DNA of 54,395 nt from Candidatus Gottesmanbacteria bacterium RIFCSPLOWO2_01_FULL_42_22 (GCA_001779315.1 MFJU01000025.1:1-54395); one strand, 5' to 3'; shown: positions 1 to 11,023, numbered from the stretch's first letter. The notes: generated from the letters alone by a model not told the origin. Translations and numbers: made by a program.

Positions 1-2
1 CC

Positions 3-569
3 ACTCAAATTCTTAAACAATATCCGATTAAAGACAAAAAAAAATTAAAAATAGTTTTTCATCAAAAAAATTCCGGCAAGGGAGAAGCAGTCAAAACCGG
101 TTTCAAGACAGCCGGCGGAGACTATCTTCTGGTCCAGGATGCTGATTTGGAGTACAATCCGGATGAAATAAATAAACTGTTAAAGCCGCTGATGAAGAAA
201 AAAAATAATTCTTTTACGGCAGTTTACGGATCAAGATTTAAAGAGGTCGGAGCAGTTATTCCCAAAACATATTTATTCGGAAATAAGCTGCTGACATATT
301 TAACTAATATAATGTACAGGGTACGCTTGACTGATATGGAGACCGGTTATAAACTTTTGCCGGCCATGGTGGTAAAGAAATTATCGCTGAAAGCTTCTCA
401 TTTTGATTTTGAACCGGAGATAACCGCTAAATTGATCCGCCGTCAGGTAAAAATAATTGAAGTGCCGATAAGATACCAGGGCAGAAACCGTCTGGCCGGA
501 AAAAAGCTGACGGTCACCGATGCTTTTGAGGCCATCAAAGCTATTTTTTATTACCGTTTTTTCGATTAA
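3..569 (+). CDS. Glycosyltransferase family 2, DPM1-like polyprenol-phosphate glycosyltransferase (5' truncated by window edge)
   Basis: Frame is open from base 3 and reads ...NSGKGEAVKTGF...LVQDADLEYNP (DxD), YGSRF, TDMETGYK, FDFEPE, VPIRY, typical of DPM1-like GT2. Confidence 0.88.
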   Translation, partial: TQILKQYPIKDKKKLKIVFHQKNSGKGEAVKTGFKTAGGDYLLVQDADLEYNPDEINKLLKPLMKKKNNSFTAVYGSRFKEVGAVIPKTYLFGNKLLTYLTNIMYRVRLTDMETGYKLLPAMVVKKLSLKASHFDFEPEITAKLIRRQVKIIEVPIRYQGRNRLAGKKLTVTDAFEAIKAIFYYRFFD

Positions 570-572
570 TTT

Positions 573-1232
573 ATGCTGGATGTCAAAAGGCTGTACGATA
601 CCCGCTTCACCTCATTTGAAAGAATCAGGAAAAATAAGCTGTGGAAAATTCTTTGCCAGGATTTCCTGCAGCATTACGTAAATAAGAGCGATGTTGTTTT
701 GGATATCGGAGCCGGCCACTGCGAATTTATCAATAATATCCAAAGCAGCAGGAAAATTGCCTTGGATGTTAACCGCGATTTGGCAAAAATAGCCGCCCCC
801 GATGTCGAAATCAAATTGGCTCCTGTCAAGAATTTGAAGAAGCTTTTTCCAGCAGACAGTCTTAACGTTATCTTCATGAGCAATTTTCTGGAACATTTGG
901 ATTCAAAGGAAGATGTCTTCAGGTTATTGCATGAGGCCTATCAGGTTTTAAAAAAAGGCGGGAGGCTCCTGATCATGCAGCCGGACATCAATCTCATCGG
1001 AGGAGAATACTGGGATTTTTTTGACCATAAAGTACCGTTGACTTTTCTGTCGCTGTCGGAAGTGCTGCATTCATTAGGTTATAAAATCAGCGATTACCGC
1101 TATCCTTTTTTGCCTTATACCACCAAAGCCAAATATCTGCCTCTTTGGCCGCCGCTTTTGACCTTCTATCTGAAACTTAAGTTCCTGCAGAAAATCTTCG
1201 GCAAGCAATTCTTCCTCTGCGCCGAAAAATAG
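573..1232 (+). CDS. Class I SAM-dependent methyltransferase
   Basis: VLDIGAG motif I, SNFLEHL, VLKKGGRL. Confidence 0.85.
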   Translation: MLDVKRLYDTRFTSFERIRKNKLWKILCQDFLQHYVNKSDVVLDIGAGHCEFINNIQSSRKIALDVNRDLAKIAAPDVEIKLAPVKNLKKLFPADSLNVIFMSNFLEHLDSKEDVFRLLHEAYQVLKKGGRLLIMQPDINLIGGEYWDFFDHKVPLTFLSLSEVLHSLGYKISDYRYPFLPYTTKAKYLPLWPPLLTFYLKLKFLQKIFGKQFFLCAEK

Positions 1233-1239
1233 GGGTAGG

Positions 1240-2787
1240 TTAGCGAAGATAAACTTCCATGGCGCCGAAGGTGCCCAGATGTTCGGAAGTTGAAATGACT
1301 TGCCGGCGGTAGGCTTCGTAACCGGCCGGATTTTCTCCGACAAGTTCCGGGGTTAAAATAATCAATTCCCGGTCTGTCTCTTTGTTTGGATCGGGAGTGT
1401 AGTATTCGGACAGATACTGGTCCATATAACTTCTGACCGGTTCGCGGCCGGCTCGGGTAAAGAGATAGCGGTAACCGCCGGAATACCAGCAGGTCTGAAA
1501 CGATTCCAGACTGAACGATAAAGTGTCTATGGCTGCCAGGGCTGTTTTGACTGCCTTTTTTTTTGCGTTTAAACCGTAGGGATTTTCCGCTGTCATAAGG
1601 GGTTGAATATTAATGTATGCGAAAAATATCAAAGAGAGCCAAAGTAGATATTTAGGCAACTTTATTAAAGTCTGCGACAGACTGATGAAGAAAAAAACAA
1701 AAACCGGCAACAGATAATATTCAGCCATTTCACCCTGAAAGAGATAAGTATAGAGGCTGATGGCGGTAAAATGCACCAGCATAAAAAGAGCTGATAAAAA
1801 GAGCAGTCTTTGGCCGTCGTCTTTTTTCTTCATTAACCGTAGTGAGCGGTACAGAAAATAAATTAAGAAAAGACTTATGCTAAAAATAAAATAATCCGGC
1901 AGGGATTGACGCTTAAATCCAAGATACTGCGGACAATTGGCATACTCAATTGCCAGATTGTTGCTGGCCGAGGGATAAAGGGTACGGGCTAATGTTGCCG
2001 GAATCAGCTGATGGGCTAAATAAATAGATCTGTCATCAGTCAGGGGTTTATTTTCGGCAATTCTGACATGATTGCCCCGCCGGAAATAATTTAAGAGGTA
2101 ACGGGAATTGAGAAAATTATGCCTTAAATCAAAAATCAGCAGGCCGCTGTTGGCAATAATAAAGAGAAAAAGGGAAATGAGCAGCAGTTTTTTATGCGGT
2201 TTTATCTGATAAGTTACGAATACTAAGAAAGAAAAGGGTATAAAGGTAAACAAACCCACTTCCAGCTGGGTCATCAGAATCAGAGATAAGGCTAACGGAA
2301 ATAAATAATTTACCGAACCTTTTATCAGCCTTAACAGGGAGTAAATAAAAACCAGTATAATTGCTGATTCAAAACTTAATTGCCAGCCCCGACGCTCGTA
2401 AATAACATTCAGGAATGAGACGCTATAGAGAAAAGAAGCAATCAAACCGGTCTTAGGACTTATTTTCGAGGCTATTTTATAAAGCAAGAGTATGGAAAAG
2501 ATGCTGGCAGCCACTGACAGATAACCGATTGACAAAGGATGGGGAGAGAAGAAACGATAAATAGGAGCAGTCAGATAATAAAATAAAGGCCCAAGCCTAA
2601 AGCCGATGGATGACGGATGACCGGCAGCGGGGAAATGTTTAAGATTGGCCAGGGAAGAGGTGATATAGGCGGCTTTTTCCTCGTCAATGGCATAGTAAAA
2701 TAGTTCTTCAAACCGCCAAAGCCTTAAAAAAAGTCCCAAGGCAATTATAAGTGTTATGATAAAAAGAAGTTTAGGCCTGAATCTCAT
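1240..2787 (-). CDS. Polytopic GT-C fold glycosyltransferase (ArnT/PMT-like)
   Basis: Many hydrophobic segments; LFLRLW...IDEE acidic motif after TM1; GPLFYYL. Confidence 0.75.
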   Translation of the reverse strand: MRFRPKLLFIITLIIALGLFLRLWRFEELFYYAIDEEKAAYITSSLANLKHFPAAGHPSSIGFRLGPLFYYLTAPIYRFFSPHPLSIGYLSVAASIFSILLLYKIASKISPKTGLIASFLYSVSFLNVIYERRGWQLSFESAIILVFIYSLLRLIKGSVNYLFPLALSLILMTQLEVGLFTFIPFSFLVFVTYQIKPHKKLLLISLFLFIIANSGLLIFDLRHNFLNSRYLLNYFRRGNHVRIAENKPLTDDRSIYLAHQLIPATLARTLYPSASNNLAIEYANCPQYLGFKRQSLPDYFIFSISLFLIYFLYRSLRLMKKKDDGQRLLFLSALFMLVHFTAISLYTYLFQGEMAEYYLLPVFVFFFISLSQTLIKLPKYLLWLSLIFFAYINIQPLMTAENPYGLNAKKKAVKTALAAIDTLSFSLESFQTCWYSGGYRYLFTRAGREPVRSYMDQYLSEYYTPDPNKETDRELIILTPELVGENPAGYEAYRRQVISTSEHLGTFGAMEVYLR

Positions 2788-2799
2788 ATTGATTTTTCC

Positions 2800-4290
2800 G
2801 TGAACAGATTCAATTATAAAATATTGCCCCTGATCATTCTTCTTTTAGTTTTTTTTGCCTCTTATTCAGCGATTGCAATTGTCAATCACCAGCGTTTTCT
2901 GACATTCGGGCTTGATTTGGGATATTTTGATGAAACCGTCTGGAAAATCTCCCAAAATAAATTTCCTTATTCAGGTGTAGGCTGCATTTGGCTTCTGGAA
3001 GACCATTTCCAGCCGCTTCTTTATCTGATCGCGCCTCTCTATCATCTTTATAACAGCGCCGGTGTACTTCTGATCATCCAGGCGTTTATGATGACACTGA
3101 CCGGTTTGCCTCTTTATTTCATTTCCAGAAAAATGAGCGGAAGCGTCTTTTTCTCCTTAAGTATCGTCTTTGCCTACCTGATTTTTATCGGCACCCAATT
3201 TTCCATCCTTAACGAATTCCACCAGATTACTTTAGCGCCATTTTTTATTGCCCTTTTTTACTGGGGGATAGAAAGCCGAAAAAAGTTAGCGCTTTTCAGC
3301 GGATTGATCCCGCTGTTTTTTATTAAGGAAGATTTGGCCCTGACTATTGCCGCCATGGGCTTGGGTTTATTTTTCAGAAAAAAAATCCGTGTCTTCGGCA
3401 GCGGGCTTTTTGTCCTGGGGACGGCTTTCTTTTTTCTATTAATTTACTTAATTTTGCCCTCAATCTCCTTTAAAGGGATTTATTCGCATTTTGATTTCGG
3501 TACAATCGGACAAACGCCTCCCGAGATCATCGTTAATCTGGTCACTCACCCCTGGCAAATATTGCAGATATTTATTGATTCTCCGCTCAAATTGCGGACT
3601 GTTTTTATTTCAGTCTTTACTTTTGCCTTTCTGCCGTTTTTGGCGCCTGTTTATCTTTTAATACCCCTGATGGCTGATTTTGCCATGAGGTTTATCTATT
3701 ACGGCCCGCAAACAACCAAATGGGTACTGGTTAATCACCACGCTTCCGTCTCTGCTGTCTTTCTGGCATTGTCTTCTGTTGCCGGAGCTGTTCGTTTACG
3801 TACGATGCTAGGAAAATCTGCCAATTTATATATTGCTTTGGCTTCAGCATTAATTTTCACTTCTTTGACGGCAGACTTCATTCTCCGCGCGCCTCTGCAT
3901 TCTCTGGTCAAACCCCAATTTTACCAGCAGGAAAAGTGGATAGCGGATAACCGGAAAATTATCAGTAAAGTGCCTCCTCAAGCCTCTGTGGCAGCTCAGA
4001 ACAATCTCCTGCCGCATCTGACTCACCGGGACAGGGTTTACCGTTTGCCCTATGGTTTAAACAGCGAATACATCGTCATGGATCTTAATGACGGCCCTAA
4101 TAAATATGCTCCTCTTACCTTTGCCCAAATGCAAATACTTTTTAAGGAGCTGACGGGAAATGGCAGATATTCTGTGGCAGAACGGGCAGGGGAGAGTTAC
4201 CTCTTAAAAAGAAATTATAAAACTGATATTGCAACCGGTATATATTACGGTAACAGGAATTACTGTTACTATTCCTGGGAAGAGTTCTGA
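2800..4290 (+). CDS. DUF2079-family membrane protein (putative GT-C glycosyltransferase)
   Basis: GTG start; DLGYFD..W, DHFQPLLY, EFH, KED and VPPQASVAA...PHLTHR motifs recognised as DUF2079. Confidence 0.75.
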   Translation: MNRFNYKILPLIILLLVFFASYSAIAIVNHQRFLTFGLDLGYFDETVWKISQNKFPYSGVGCIWLLEDHFQPLLYLIAPLYHLYNSAGVLLIIQAFMMTLTGLPLYFISRKMSGSVFFSLSIVFAYLIFIGTQFSILNEFHQITLAPFFIALFYWGIESRKKLALFSGLIPLFFIKEDLALTIAAMGLGLFFRKKIRVFGSGLFVLGTAFFFLLIYLILPSISFKGIYSHFDFGTIGQTPPEIIVNLVTHPWQILQIFIDSPLKLRTVFISVFTFAFLPFLAPVYLLIPLMADFAMRFIYYGPQTTKWVLVNHHASVSAVFLALSSVAGAVRLRTMLGKSANLYIALASALIFTSLTADFILRAPLHSLVKPQFYQQEKWIADNRKIISKVPPQASVAAQNNLLPHLTHRDRVYRLPYGLNSEYIVMDLNDGPNKYAPLTFAQMQILFKELTGNGRYSVAERAGESYLLKRNYKTDIATGIYYGNRNYCYYSWEEF

Positions 4291-4314
4291 TTTTTATTTT
4301 TATATAACCTATAG

Positions 4315-4320
4315 TAAAAT
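4315..4320 (+). promoter_or_regulatory. Putative sigma70 -10 box (TAAAAT) for a leaderless or near-leaderless transcript
   Basis: TAAAAT in the short intergenic gap, 6 nt before ATG 4327. Confidence 0.4.
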
Positions 4321-4326
4321 AGAAGG

Positions 4327-5172
4327 ATGATTTCAGTCATTATCCCAATCTACAACGGGGAATCAACCATTGAGGATTGTCTGGCATCACTTTGCCGGCA
4401 AACTTTTATGCCTTTGGAAATTATCGCGGTTGACGACGGTTCCACAGACGAAACAGGTAAAGTTATTAAAGAGTTTATCCGCAGCCATGTGAATTGTCGT
4501 GTCAGTTTGTTTCGTATAGTCCATACCGGGCCCGGTTTAGCCAGGAATTTTGGGGCTAAATATGCCCGCGGCCGGATTCTGGTTTTTGCCGACAGCGATA
4601 TGACTTTTGATCCTGATTTTTTGCATAAACTGACAAGGCCTATCTTTAAAGGAAAAACCAAAGGCACCTTCAGCCAGGAAGAAGAAGTGGCTAACTGGCA
4701 AAAACCTCTGGCTAGATGCTGGAATTATTTCAACGGTTTAAAAGGTAAAAGCCGAATTTCAAAACATTTTGAGCATACTTCGCCGGTTTTCCGGGCAATA
4801 TTGAAAAGTGAATTCAGAAAGATAGGCGGTTTTGACCCGATCGGTTACACGGATGACTGGACATTATCCAGAAAATTAGGTTTTGAGGCTTCCAAAGCCG
4901 ACGGAGCCAAATATTACCATATTAATCCGGAAACATTGCCGGAAGTTTTCCGCCAGGCCAGATGGATCGGCAAAAATGAGTTTATTTCAGGAACGGTTGG
5001 GCGGCGTATCTTTAATCTTTTCAGGTACAGCCCATTTTACCAGCTGCCCAGAGCTGTTTATCTTTACTTAAAGTTCAGGCAATGGCAAATTTTGCCTTTG
5101 GCAATTGTCTATTCATTGGCTGTCACTTTTTCCGTCATGGCAGCCTTTTTTTCAGAACAGAAATATAAATGA
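4327..5172 (+). CDS. Glycosyltransferase family 2
   Basis: ISVIIPIYN, VDDGSTD, ARNFG, FADSD (DxD), GGFD; hydrophobic C-terminus. Confidence 0.9.
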   Translation: MISVIIPIYNGESTIEDCLASLCRQTFMPLEIIAVDDGSTDETGKVIKEFIRSHVNCRVSLFRIVHTGPGLARNFGAKYARGRILVFADSDMTFDPDFLHKLTRPIFKGKTKGTFSQEEEVANWQKPLARCWNYFNGLKGKSRISKHFEHTSPVFRAILKSEFRKIGGFDPIGYTDDWTLSRKLGFEASKADGAKYYHINPETLPEVFRQARWIGKNEFISGTVGRRIFNLFRYSPFYQLPRAVYLYLKFRQWQILPLAIVYSLAVTFSVMAAFFSEQKYK

Positions 5173-6521
5173 AAATATTCTTAATTCTTATAATCGGCTT
5201 AGTTTTAAGGCTGATAACTCTGAACCAGAGTTTTTGGCTGGATGAGGCAGCCCAAGTGATTGAATCATCAAGACCCTTTTTCCAGCAATTCGATTTAACG
5301 GCTGATTTCCATCCGCCCCTCTACCATCTGTTTCTCCATTTTTGGCTGAAAATGGGCAGGAGTGAAATTTGGGTCAGGCTCCTGTCGGTAATATTAGGTT
5401 TTAGCTGTTTGTGGTATGTTTATAAATTAGCGAAGTTAAAATTTAAAGAAGGTCCATCTTTGGCTGCGGCCCTGCTTCTGGCTGTTTCCGCTTATCATGT
5501 TTATTACTCCCAGGAAACCCGTCCTTATATATTATTCTCCCTATTATCTTTGGTTTCGACTTATTATCTGTTGAAAAAAAAATATGCCGTGTTTACTGCC
5601 GTCTTGATAGCCTCCTGGTATTCATCCTACTTTACTCCTTTACTTCTTTTCGGCCAGGGATTGGCGGTCTTTTTTCAGGAAAAAAAAGAGTTAAGGTTAT
5701 TTATCAGATCAGCGCTAATATCACTTTTCTTTTTTCTGCCCTGGCTGCCGGAACTTAAAAAGCAGTTGGCTGTCGGCTTTTCAGGCAGTTTTGAGGGGTG
5801 GCAGGAAATAGTTTCTTTCGGTCTGTTGAGAAATTTAGGTTTAACCTTTGCCCGTTTTTCTTTAGGCAGAGTCAGTTTGGATAATAATTATCTTTATTTT
5901 CTGCTGATTGTTCCCCTGCTGGCAGCATCATTCTGGTCTGGCTGGGTGGCGATAAAGAAAAGACGGAATCTGGAATTCAGTCTTTTATTTTGGGGGCCGT
6001 TTTTGCTGTCTTTGGTTCTGTCTTATTTTTTGCCGGTGGTTGCCCCGCAAAGACTGCTCTTTTTACTGCCGTTTCTTTATCTGTCAATCGTTTCCGAGCT
6101 TAATCTAAAACCCCTGTTTTATGCTATCCTTTTAGTCTCATTGGCCAGTTTAGGGGCCTATTATTATTTTCCCCGTTTCCAGAGGGAAAACTGGCGGGAA
6201 GCAGTGGCTTTTATCGAGAATGACAAAGGCGGAAATAAATTAGCCGTTTTTGCTTTTCCTGAACCTTTTGCCCCTTACCAATGGTACTTTCGTAAAGTGC
6301 CCGGAATAGGAGCAGCCGGGAATTTCCGGGTGACTGAAAAGGATATTGCCAGTCTTTTAATGAATTTAAACGGAAAAAATAAGATATATTATTTCGATTA
6401 TTTAGCCGAATTGACCGATCCCGGAAAAAGACTTCTTGGGACTTTGCGGAAAAGCAATTTTCGGGAAAGAGACATTAAAAATTTTGAGGGCGTAGGTTTT
6501 ATCCGGCTTTATGAAAATTAA
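5169..6521 (+). CDS. Polytopic GT-C fold glycosyltransferase (PMT/ArnT-like)
   Basis: SFWLDEA, HPPLYH, VRLLS, YSQETRPY and ENWRE motifs; many TM segments. Confidence 0.85.
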   Translation: MKIFLILIIGLVLRLITLNQSFWLDEAAQVIESSRPFFQQFDLTADFHPPLYHLFLHFWLKMGRSEIWVRLLSVILGFSCLWYVYKLAKLKFKEGPSLAAALLLAVSAYHVYYSQETRPYILFSLLSLVSTYYLLKKKYAVFTAVLIASWYSSYFTPLLLFGQGLAVFFQEKKELRLFIRSALISLFFFLPWLPELKKQLAVGFSGSFEGWQEIVSFGLLRNLGLTFARFSLGRVSLDNNYLYFLLIVPLLAASFWSGWVAIKKRRNLEFSLLFWGPFLLSLVLSYFLPVVAPQRLLFLLPFLYLSIVSELNLKPLFYAILLVSLASLGAYYYFPRFQRENWREAVAFIENDKGGNKLAVFAFPEPFAPYQWYFRKVPGIGAAGNFRVTEKDIASLLMNLNGKNKIYYFDYLAELTDPGKRLLGTLRKSNFRERDIKNFEGVGFIRLYEN

Positions 6522-7248
6522 TATAAAAGATAATTTCAAAGGGCTTTTTTTCTTCCGGGGCTGGCATCCGGAAGTGGCCTTGCGCTATTTACCGATAGTC
6601 TCAAAGATCCTGAAAATGGGCAGGAATATTTCAGTCCTGGATGTAGGCTCCGGAGGTTTGGGAATCGCTCCATATCTAAGACGTCCGGTCACGGGACTCG
6701 ATTTAAAATTCAAACCCCCCTATCACGAACGTTTAATGAAAATTAAGGCTTCAGTCCTGAAACTGCCTTTTGCCGACAGCACTTTTGATGCAGTCGTTTC
6801 CGTCGATATGCTGGAGCACCTGGAACAAAAAGACAGAAGCCGGGCTATCAGCGAAATGCTCAGGGTTTGCAAAAAGACGCTTTTTCTGGCTGTGCCATGC
6901 GGCAGGTTGTCATGGGAACAGGATGTCAGATTAAGCGGATTTTATAAAAAAAAATACGGCAAAGCCTATCATTTTTTTGAGGAGCAGATCGGTTTTGGCT
7001 TGCCTGAATGGCAAGATCTGGAAAACCAGATCCATATTTCAGCCCGCGCTTTAAATAAAAAAATCAGATTGGAAAGCCAGGATAATGAAAATCTGCGTTT
7101 AAGGGAATTTCTGATGAAGGGCTGGATGACGAAAAATACGCTGGTCGATATTTTTTTCCGGAAAGTGCTTCTTTTGGCGTTACCTATAATGAATAAGATG
7201 AAAGGTAAACCCGGTTACCGCAGAATTTTTACTGCTCATATAATATGA
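6511..7248 (+). CDS. Class I SAM-dependent methyltransferase
   Basis: VLDVGSG, LPFADSTFDAV, MLEHL, EMLRV. Confidence 0.85.
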   Translation: MKINIKDNFKGLFFFRGWHPEVALRYLPIVSKILKMGRNISVLDVGSGGLGIAPYLRRPVTGLDLKFKPPYHERLMKIKASVLKLPFADSTFDAVVSVDMLEHLEQKDRSRAISEMLRVCKKTLFLAVPCGRLSWEQDVRLSGFYKKKYGKAYHFFEEQIGFGLPEWQDLENQIHISARALNKKIRLESQDNENLRLREFLMKGWMTKNTLVDIFFRKVLLLALPIMNKMKGKPGYRRIFTAHII

Positions 7249-8384
7249 AAATTGTCATTGATATATCACAAATAGCTTATCAGGGTAGCGGAGTAGCCAA
7301 CTATACAGCGGAATTGACTGCCAATCTGCTTTCCCTGGATAAAAAAAACAGCTACTGTTTATTCGGCTACGGCTTAAGATCACTGGAGACACTTCGGGCT
7401 TTCTGCCGGAATTTGCCGAAACATCCCCGTTTGGAAAAAATGCTCTTCCCCTTTCCCCAGTCATTGGTTTCTTTCTGGGGAAATACGCTTCACAAAATCA
7501 ATCTGGAGAACCTTTTAGGGAATTTTGACCTCTATCATTCATCCGATTGGATCCAGTTTCCCTCACAAGCCATCAAAGTAACTACCATTCATGATCTGGT
7601 GGTTTACCGTTATCCTGAAACATCAGCAGCCTCAATCATCCGCCAGCAAAAAAAACGGCTGGAACACGTAAAAAGGGAAGCTGATTTAATCCTGGCCGAT
7701 TCGCAAAGCACAAAACGCGATGTCGAAAATATATTGGGCTTGCCGAAGGAAAAAATAGTTATCGTCTACCCGGGGATTAAATCCGAATTCAGCCAAAAAA
7801 CGGATAATCAGGTAAAGCAGATACGGGATAAGTACGGCATAACCAGGAAGTATTTTATAACCGTGGGGACTCTGGAACCCAGGAAAAATCTGAAAACAAC
7901 CCTGGCCGCTTTCAGTTTATTCCGCCTCAAACATTGGCAAAAAGAGAATAGGGCAGATTTAGTGGTAATCGGCAAAAAAGGCTGGTCGGCTGATGCGGCG
8001 GCAGGTGAAGATGTTAAAGTTTTGGGGTTGATTTCTGATAAAGACCTGGCTGTTCTCTATTCGGGAGCAAAGGGTCTGATTTTCCCCTCACTTTATGAAG
8101 GTTTCGGCCTGACAGTCGCCGAAGCGATGGCATCGGGCTGTCCGGTAATCACCAGTTCCCGCGGCAGCTTAAAGGAAGTCGGAGGCGAAGCCGTTCTTTA
8201 CGCTGATCCTGAAAATCCAAAGAATATCTCTGAAAAAATTTACCGCCTGTTAAGCGAAGATAAACTCAGAAATAAATTAACGGAAAAAGGATTGCGGCAA
8301 GCTGAAAAATTCAGCTGGCGCAAAACTGCAGCAGAAATCCTTTTGAATTACGAAGAATTATATCGGAAGCGCCATAAATTATGA
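7245..8384 (+). CDS. Glycosyltransferase family 4 (GT-B)
   Basis: [32 protein letters not shown] (Ex7E). Confidence 0.92.
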   Translation: MKIVIDISQIAYQGSGVANYTAELTANLLSLDKKNSYCLFGYGLRSLETLRAFCRNLPKHPRLEKMLFPFPQSLVSFWGNTLHKINLENLLGNFDLYHSSDWIQFPSQAIKVTTIHDLVVYRYPETSAASIIRQQKKRLEHVKREADLILADSQSTKRDVENILGLPKEKIVIVYPGIKSEFSQKTDNQVKQIRDKYGITRKYFITVGTLEPRKNLKTTLAAFSLFRLKHWQKENRADLVVIGKKGWSADAAAGEDVKVLGLISDKDLAVLYSGAKGLIFPSLYEGFGLTVAEAMASGCPVITSSRGSLKEVGGEAVLYADPENPKNISEKIYRLLSEDKLRNKLTEKGLRQAEKFSWRKTAAEILLNYEELYRKRHKL

Positions 8385-9514
8385 TAATCGGAATAGATGC
8401 CAATGAAGCCAATAGTTCAAACAGGGTCGGTATCGGCCGTTTTGCCCTGGAATTGTTGCGCCAGTTTTATTTGTTAAGAAAGGAGAAGAGTTTTAGGAAT
8501 ATCAAGTTTTATCTCTATCTTAAAGAACAACCGGGGTCTGATCTGCCTGAAGCGTCAAACGGCTGGCAATATCTTGTTTTCGGACCGAAATTATTCTGGA
8601 CACAGCTTGCTTTACCATGGCAACTTTACAGCCAAAAGGTCCCTTTGGATGTTTTTTTCTCAACTTCACACTACGGTCCCAGATTTTCACCTGTGGCAAC
8701 AGTTGTCTCAGTAATGGATCTGTCATTCTTATATTTTCCGGAAACTTTTCTGAAAAGGGATTTGTGGCAGTTGAAAAATTGGACAAATTATTCCGTAAAA
8801 AAAGCGGCAAAAGTCATCACCATAAGCCAAGCTTCAAAAGCGGATATAATGAAAGCATACGGCATCAGGAACGAAAAAATCGAAGTTATCTATCCCGGCA
8901 TCGATGCGGATTTGTTTAATGACAGGCAGGAAACCGCTGAAAAAACCAGGTTGCGGCTAAAATACGGTCTCGATTCTGATTACCTGTTATATATAGGTAC
9001 TCTCCAACCCAGAAAAAATCTGAAGAAGCTGTTTAAAGCTTTGGAATTGACAGTCAAAACAAAAAAGGATCTGAAACTTGTCATTACCGGCAAGAAAGGC
9101 TGGCTCTATCAGGATTTATTTGAAAAGAGAGAGGCGAAAAAATTGAAAGGCAAGTTAATATTTACCGGATTCGTACCCGACAGCGATTTACCCTCCCTGT
9201 ACAGGCAGGCTAAAGCTCTGGTTTTACCGTCATTATATGAAGGTTTCGGCATCCCGGCAGTTGAGGCGATGGCCTGTGGTATTCCGGTGGCTGTCTCTGA
9301 TATATCTTCTTTGCCGGAAATAGTCGGGGGAGCGGCGCTTTTGTTTGATCCTTATGATGCAGCCCAAATCTCCCAGGCCATAAACTCAGCCTGCTATAAT
9401 GAAAAGGTAAGGCAAAGGCTGATTGCCTCGGGTAAAAAAAGAGCGGCTTTCTTTTCCTGGCAGAAGAGCGGCTGGAGGCTTTTAGATACATTAATAAAGA
9501 CAGCTTATGCTTAA
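8381..9514 (+). CDS. Glycosyltransferase family 4 (GT-B)
   Basis: [27 protein letters not shown]. Confidence 0.92.
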   Translation: MIIGIDANEANSSNRVGIGRFALELLRQFYLLRKEKSFRNIKFYLYLKEQPGSDLPEASNGWQYLVFGPKLFWTQLALPWQLYSQKVPLDVFFSTSHYGPRFSPVATVVSVMDLSFLYFPETFLKRDLWQLKNWTNYSVKKAAKVITISQASKADIMKAYGIRNEKIEVIYPGIDADLFNDRQETAEKTRLRLKYGLDSDYLLYIGTLQPRKNLKKLFKALELTVKTKKDLKLVITGKKGWLYQDLFEKREAKKLKGKLIFTGFVPDSDLPSLYRQAKALVLPSLYEGFGIPAVEAMACGIPVAVSDISSLPEIVGGAALLFDPYDAAQISQAINSACYNEKVRQRLIASGKKRAAFFSWQKSGWRLLDTLIKTAYA

Positions 9515-10103
9515 AGATAAAATGGGCAGGCAATTAACGAAGGAAGAGTTTTACAAGAAAGCCCGGAACAGACTTTTTAATATTTTTTTGGATTTTGAAC
9601 TGATGCTCTTAAGATGGGCAGGTTGTCTGCCGTCCCATCTTTTAAGGAAATTCTTTTACCGGCTTTCAGGCATGTCCATCGGCTCAGGATCTGCTCTTCA
9701 CATGTGGTGCAATTTTTATTATCCTGCCGGCATTAAAATAGGCGAGGATACTATCATCGGCGACCGTGTTTTTCTCGACGGGAGAGCCCCGCTGACTATC
9801 GGCAATCACGTGGATATTGCTTCCCAGGTTTTGATTTATAATTCCGAACATGATGTCAACAGCCAAGATTTTCAGGCAACTTACGGTACGGTCAAAATTG
9901 AGGATTATGTTTTTATCGGCCCACGGGCAATTATTCTGCCGGGAGTCTCAATCGGCAGAGGGGCCGTAGTCGCTGCCGGTGCGGTGGTGACCCGGGACGT
10001 ACCCGCTTTTGCGGTGGTTGCAGGCGTACCCGCTGATAAAATCTCAGAAAGAAAAAATAAAAATCCCCATTACCGTCTCGGCCGTGCCAGGCTTTTTCAG
10101 TAA
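9507..10103 (+). CDS. Hexapeptide-repeat (left-handed beta-helix) O-acetyltransferase
   Basis: [36 protein letters not shown]...GVPA. Confidence 0.9.
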   Translation: MLKDKMGRQLTKEEFYKKARNRLFNIFLDFELMLLRWAGCLPSHLLRKFFYRLSGMSIGSGSALHMWCNFYYPAGIKIGEDTIIGDRVFLDGRAPLTIGNHVDIASQVLIYNSEHDVNSQDFQATYGTVKIEDYVFIGPRAIILPGVSIGRGAVVAAGAVVTRDVPAFAVVAGVPADKISERKNKNPHYRLGRARLFQ

Positions 10104-10114
10104 GTAAAAAATAT

Positions 10115-11023
10115 ATGCCTATCACCCTTTCGGCGGTCATCGTCAATTACAATACTTCTGCTCTTCTTATAGAAACTCTGACCTTTCTTAAAAAAGCCTT
10201 AGCTGATAAGTCTTTTGCCGGGAGCGAAATTATCGTAGTGGATAACGGCTCAAGCGATAATTCCGTAATCGAAATAAAAAGGAATTTTGTGGAAGTAAAA
10301 TTGATCAGGAATAAAGTCAACCGCGGCTTTGCCGCAGGCAACAATCAGGGCATCAAAACGTCACGCGGACGCTTTATTTTACTTTTAAACAGTGATACCA
10401 GGCCGACGCAGGATTTTTTGAAAGGGCTCCTAACGGAGCTGGAAAATGATCCCGATACGGGAGTAGCCGGACCCAGATTATTGAATATTGACGGCAGCCT
10501 CCAGCCATCGGCCGGATTTTTACCCTCCCCTTTAAAAGTTTTTTCCTGGCTGTTTTTCCTGGATGACCTTCCATTTCTCTGGCCGGTTTTAAAACCTTAC
10601 CATTTAAACGACCCCGCATTCTACAAAAGGAGAAGGAAAGTCGGTTGGCTTAGCGGAGCCTGTCTCCTGGTTAAAAAGGAAGCGATAGAAAAGGGAGGAT
10701 ATCTCGATGAGCAGATTTTCATGTACGGAGAAGAAGTCGAGTGGTGCCTGAGGATAAAAAGGGCCGGCTTCCAGATTGTCTTTTGTCCGGAATCAGTCGT
10801 CTTCCATCATAAAGGCAGTTCGGGGGCGGGGAAGAACAGCGGCATAATTGAGGAGTTTAAATCCGTAATCTATCTGTACCGTAAATATTATCCCGGATTC
10901 CTTCCGGTTTTGAAGCTGATGTTGAAGAGCGGGGCTTTGTTGAGGCTCCTTCTTTTTGGTATAATCACTCGTGACGCGGCCAGATACAAACTTTATGTAC
11001 AAGCTTACCGGTTGGCTGGATGA
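10115..11023 (+). CDS. Glycosyltransferase family 2 (WbbL/rhamnosyltransferase-like)
   Basis: VIVNYN, VDNGSSD, GFAAGNN, LLNSD, SGACLL, FMYGEEVEW. Confidence 0.9.
   Translation: MPITLSAVIVNYNTSALLIETLTFLKKALADKSFAGSEIIVVDNGSSDNSVIEIKRNFVEVKLIRNKVNRGFAAGNNQGIKTSRGRFILLLNSDTRPTQDFLKGLLTELENDPDTGVAGPRLLNIDGSLQPSAGFLPSPLKVFSWLFFLDDLPFLWPVLKPYHLNDPAFYKRRRKVGWLSGACLLVKKEAIEKGGYLDEQIFMYGEEVEWCLRIKRAGFQIVFCPESVVFHHKGSSGAGKNSGIIEEFKSVIYLYRKYYPGFLPVLKLMLKSGALLRLLLFGIITRDAARYKLYVQAYRLAG
10937..10965 (+). promoter_or_regulatory. Putative sigma70 promoter inside the GT2 3' end
   Basis: TTGTTG-17 nt-TATAAT with extended TGn (TGGTATAAT 10957-10965), just upstream of the ligase/GT-C fusion gene. Confidence 0.5.
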
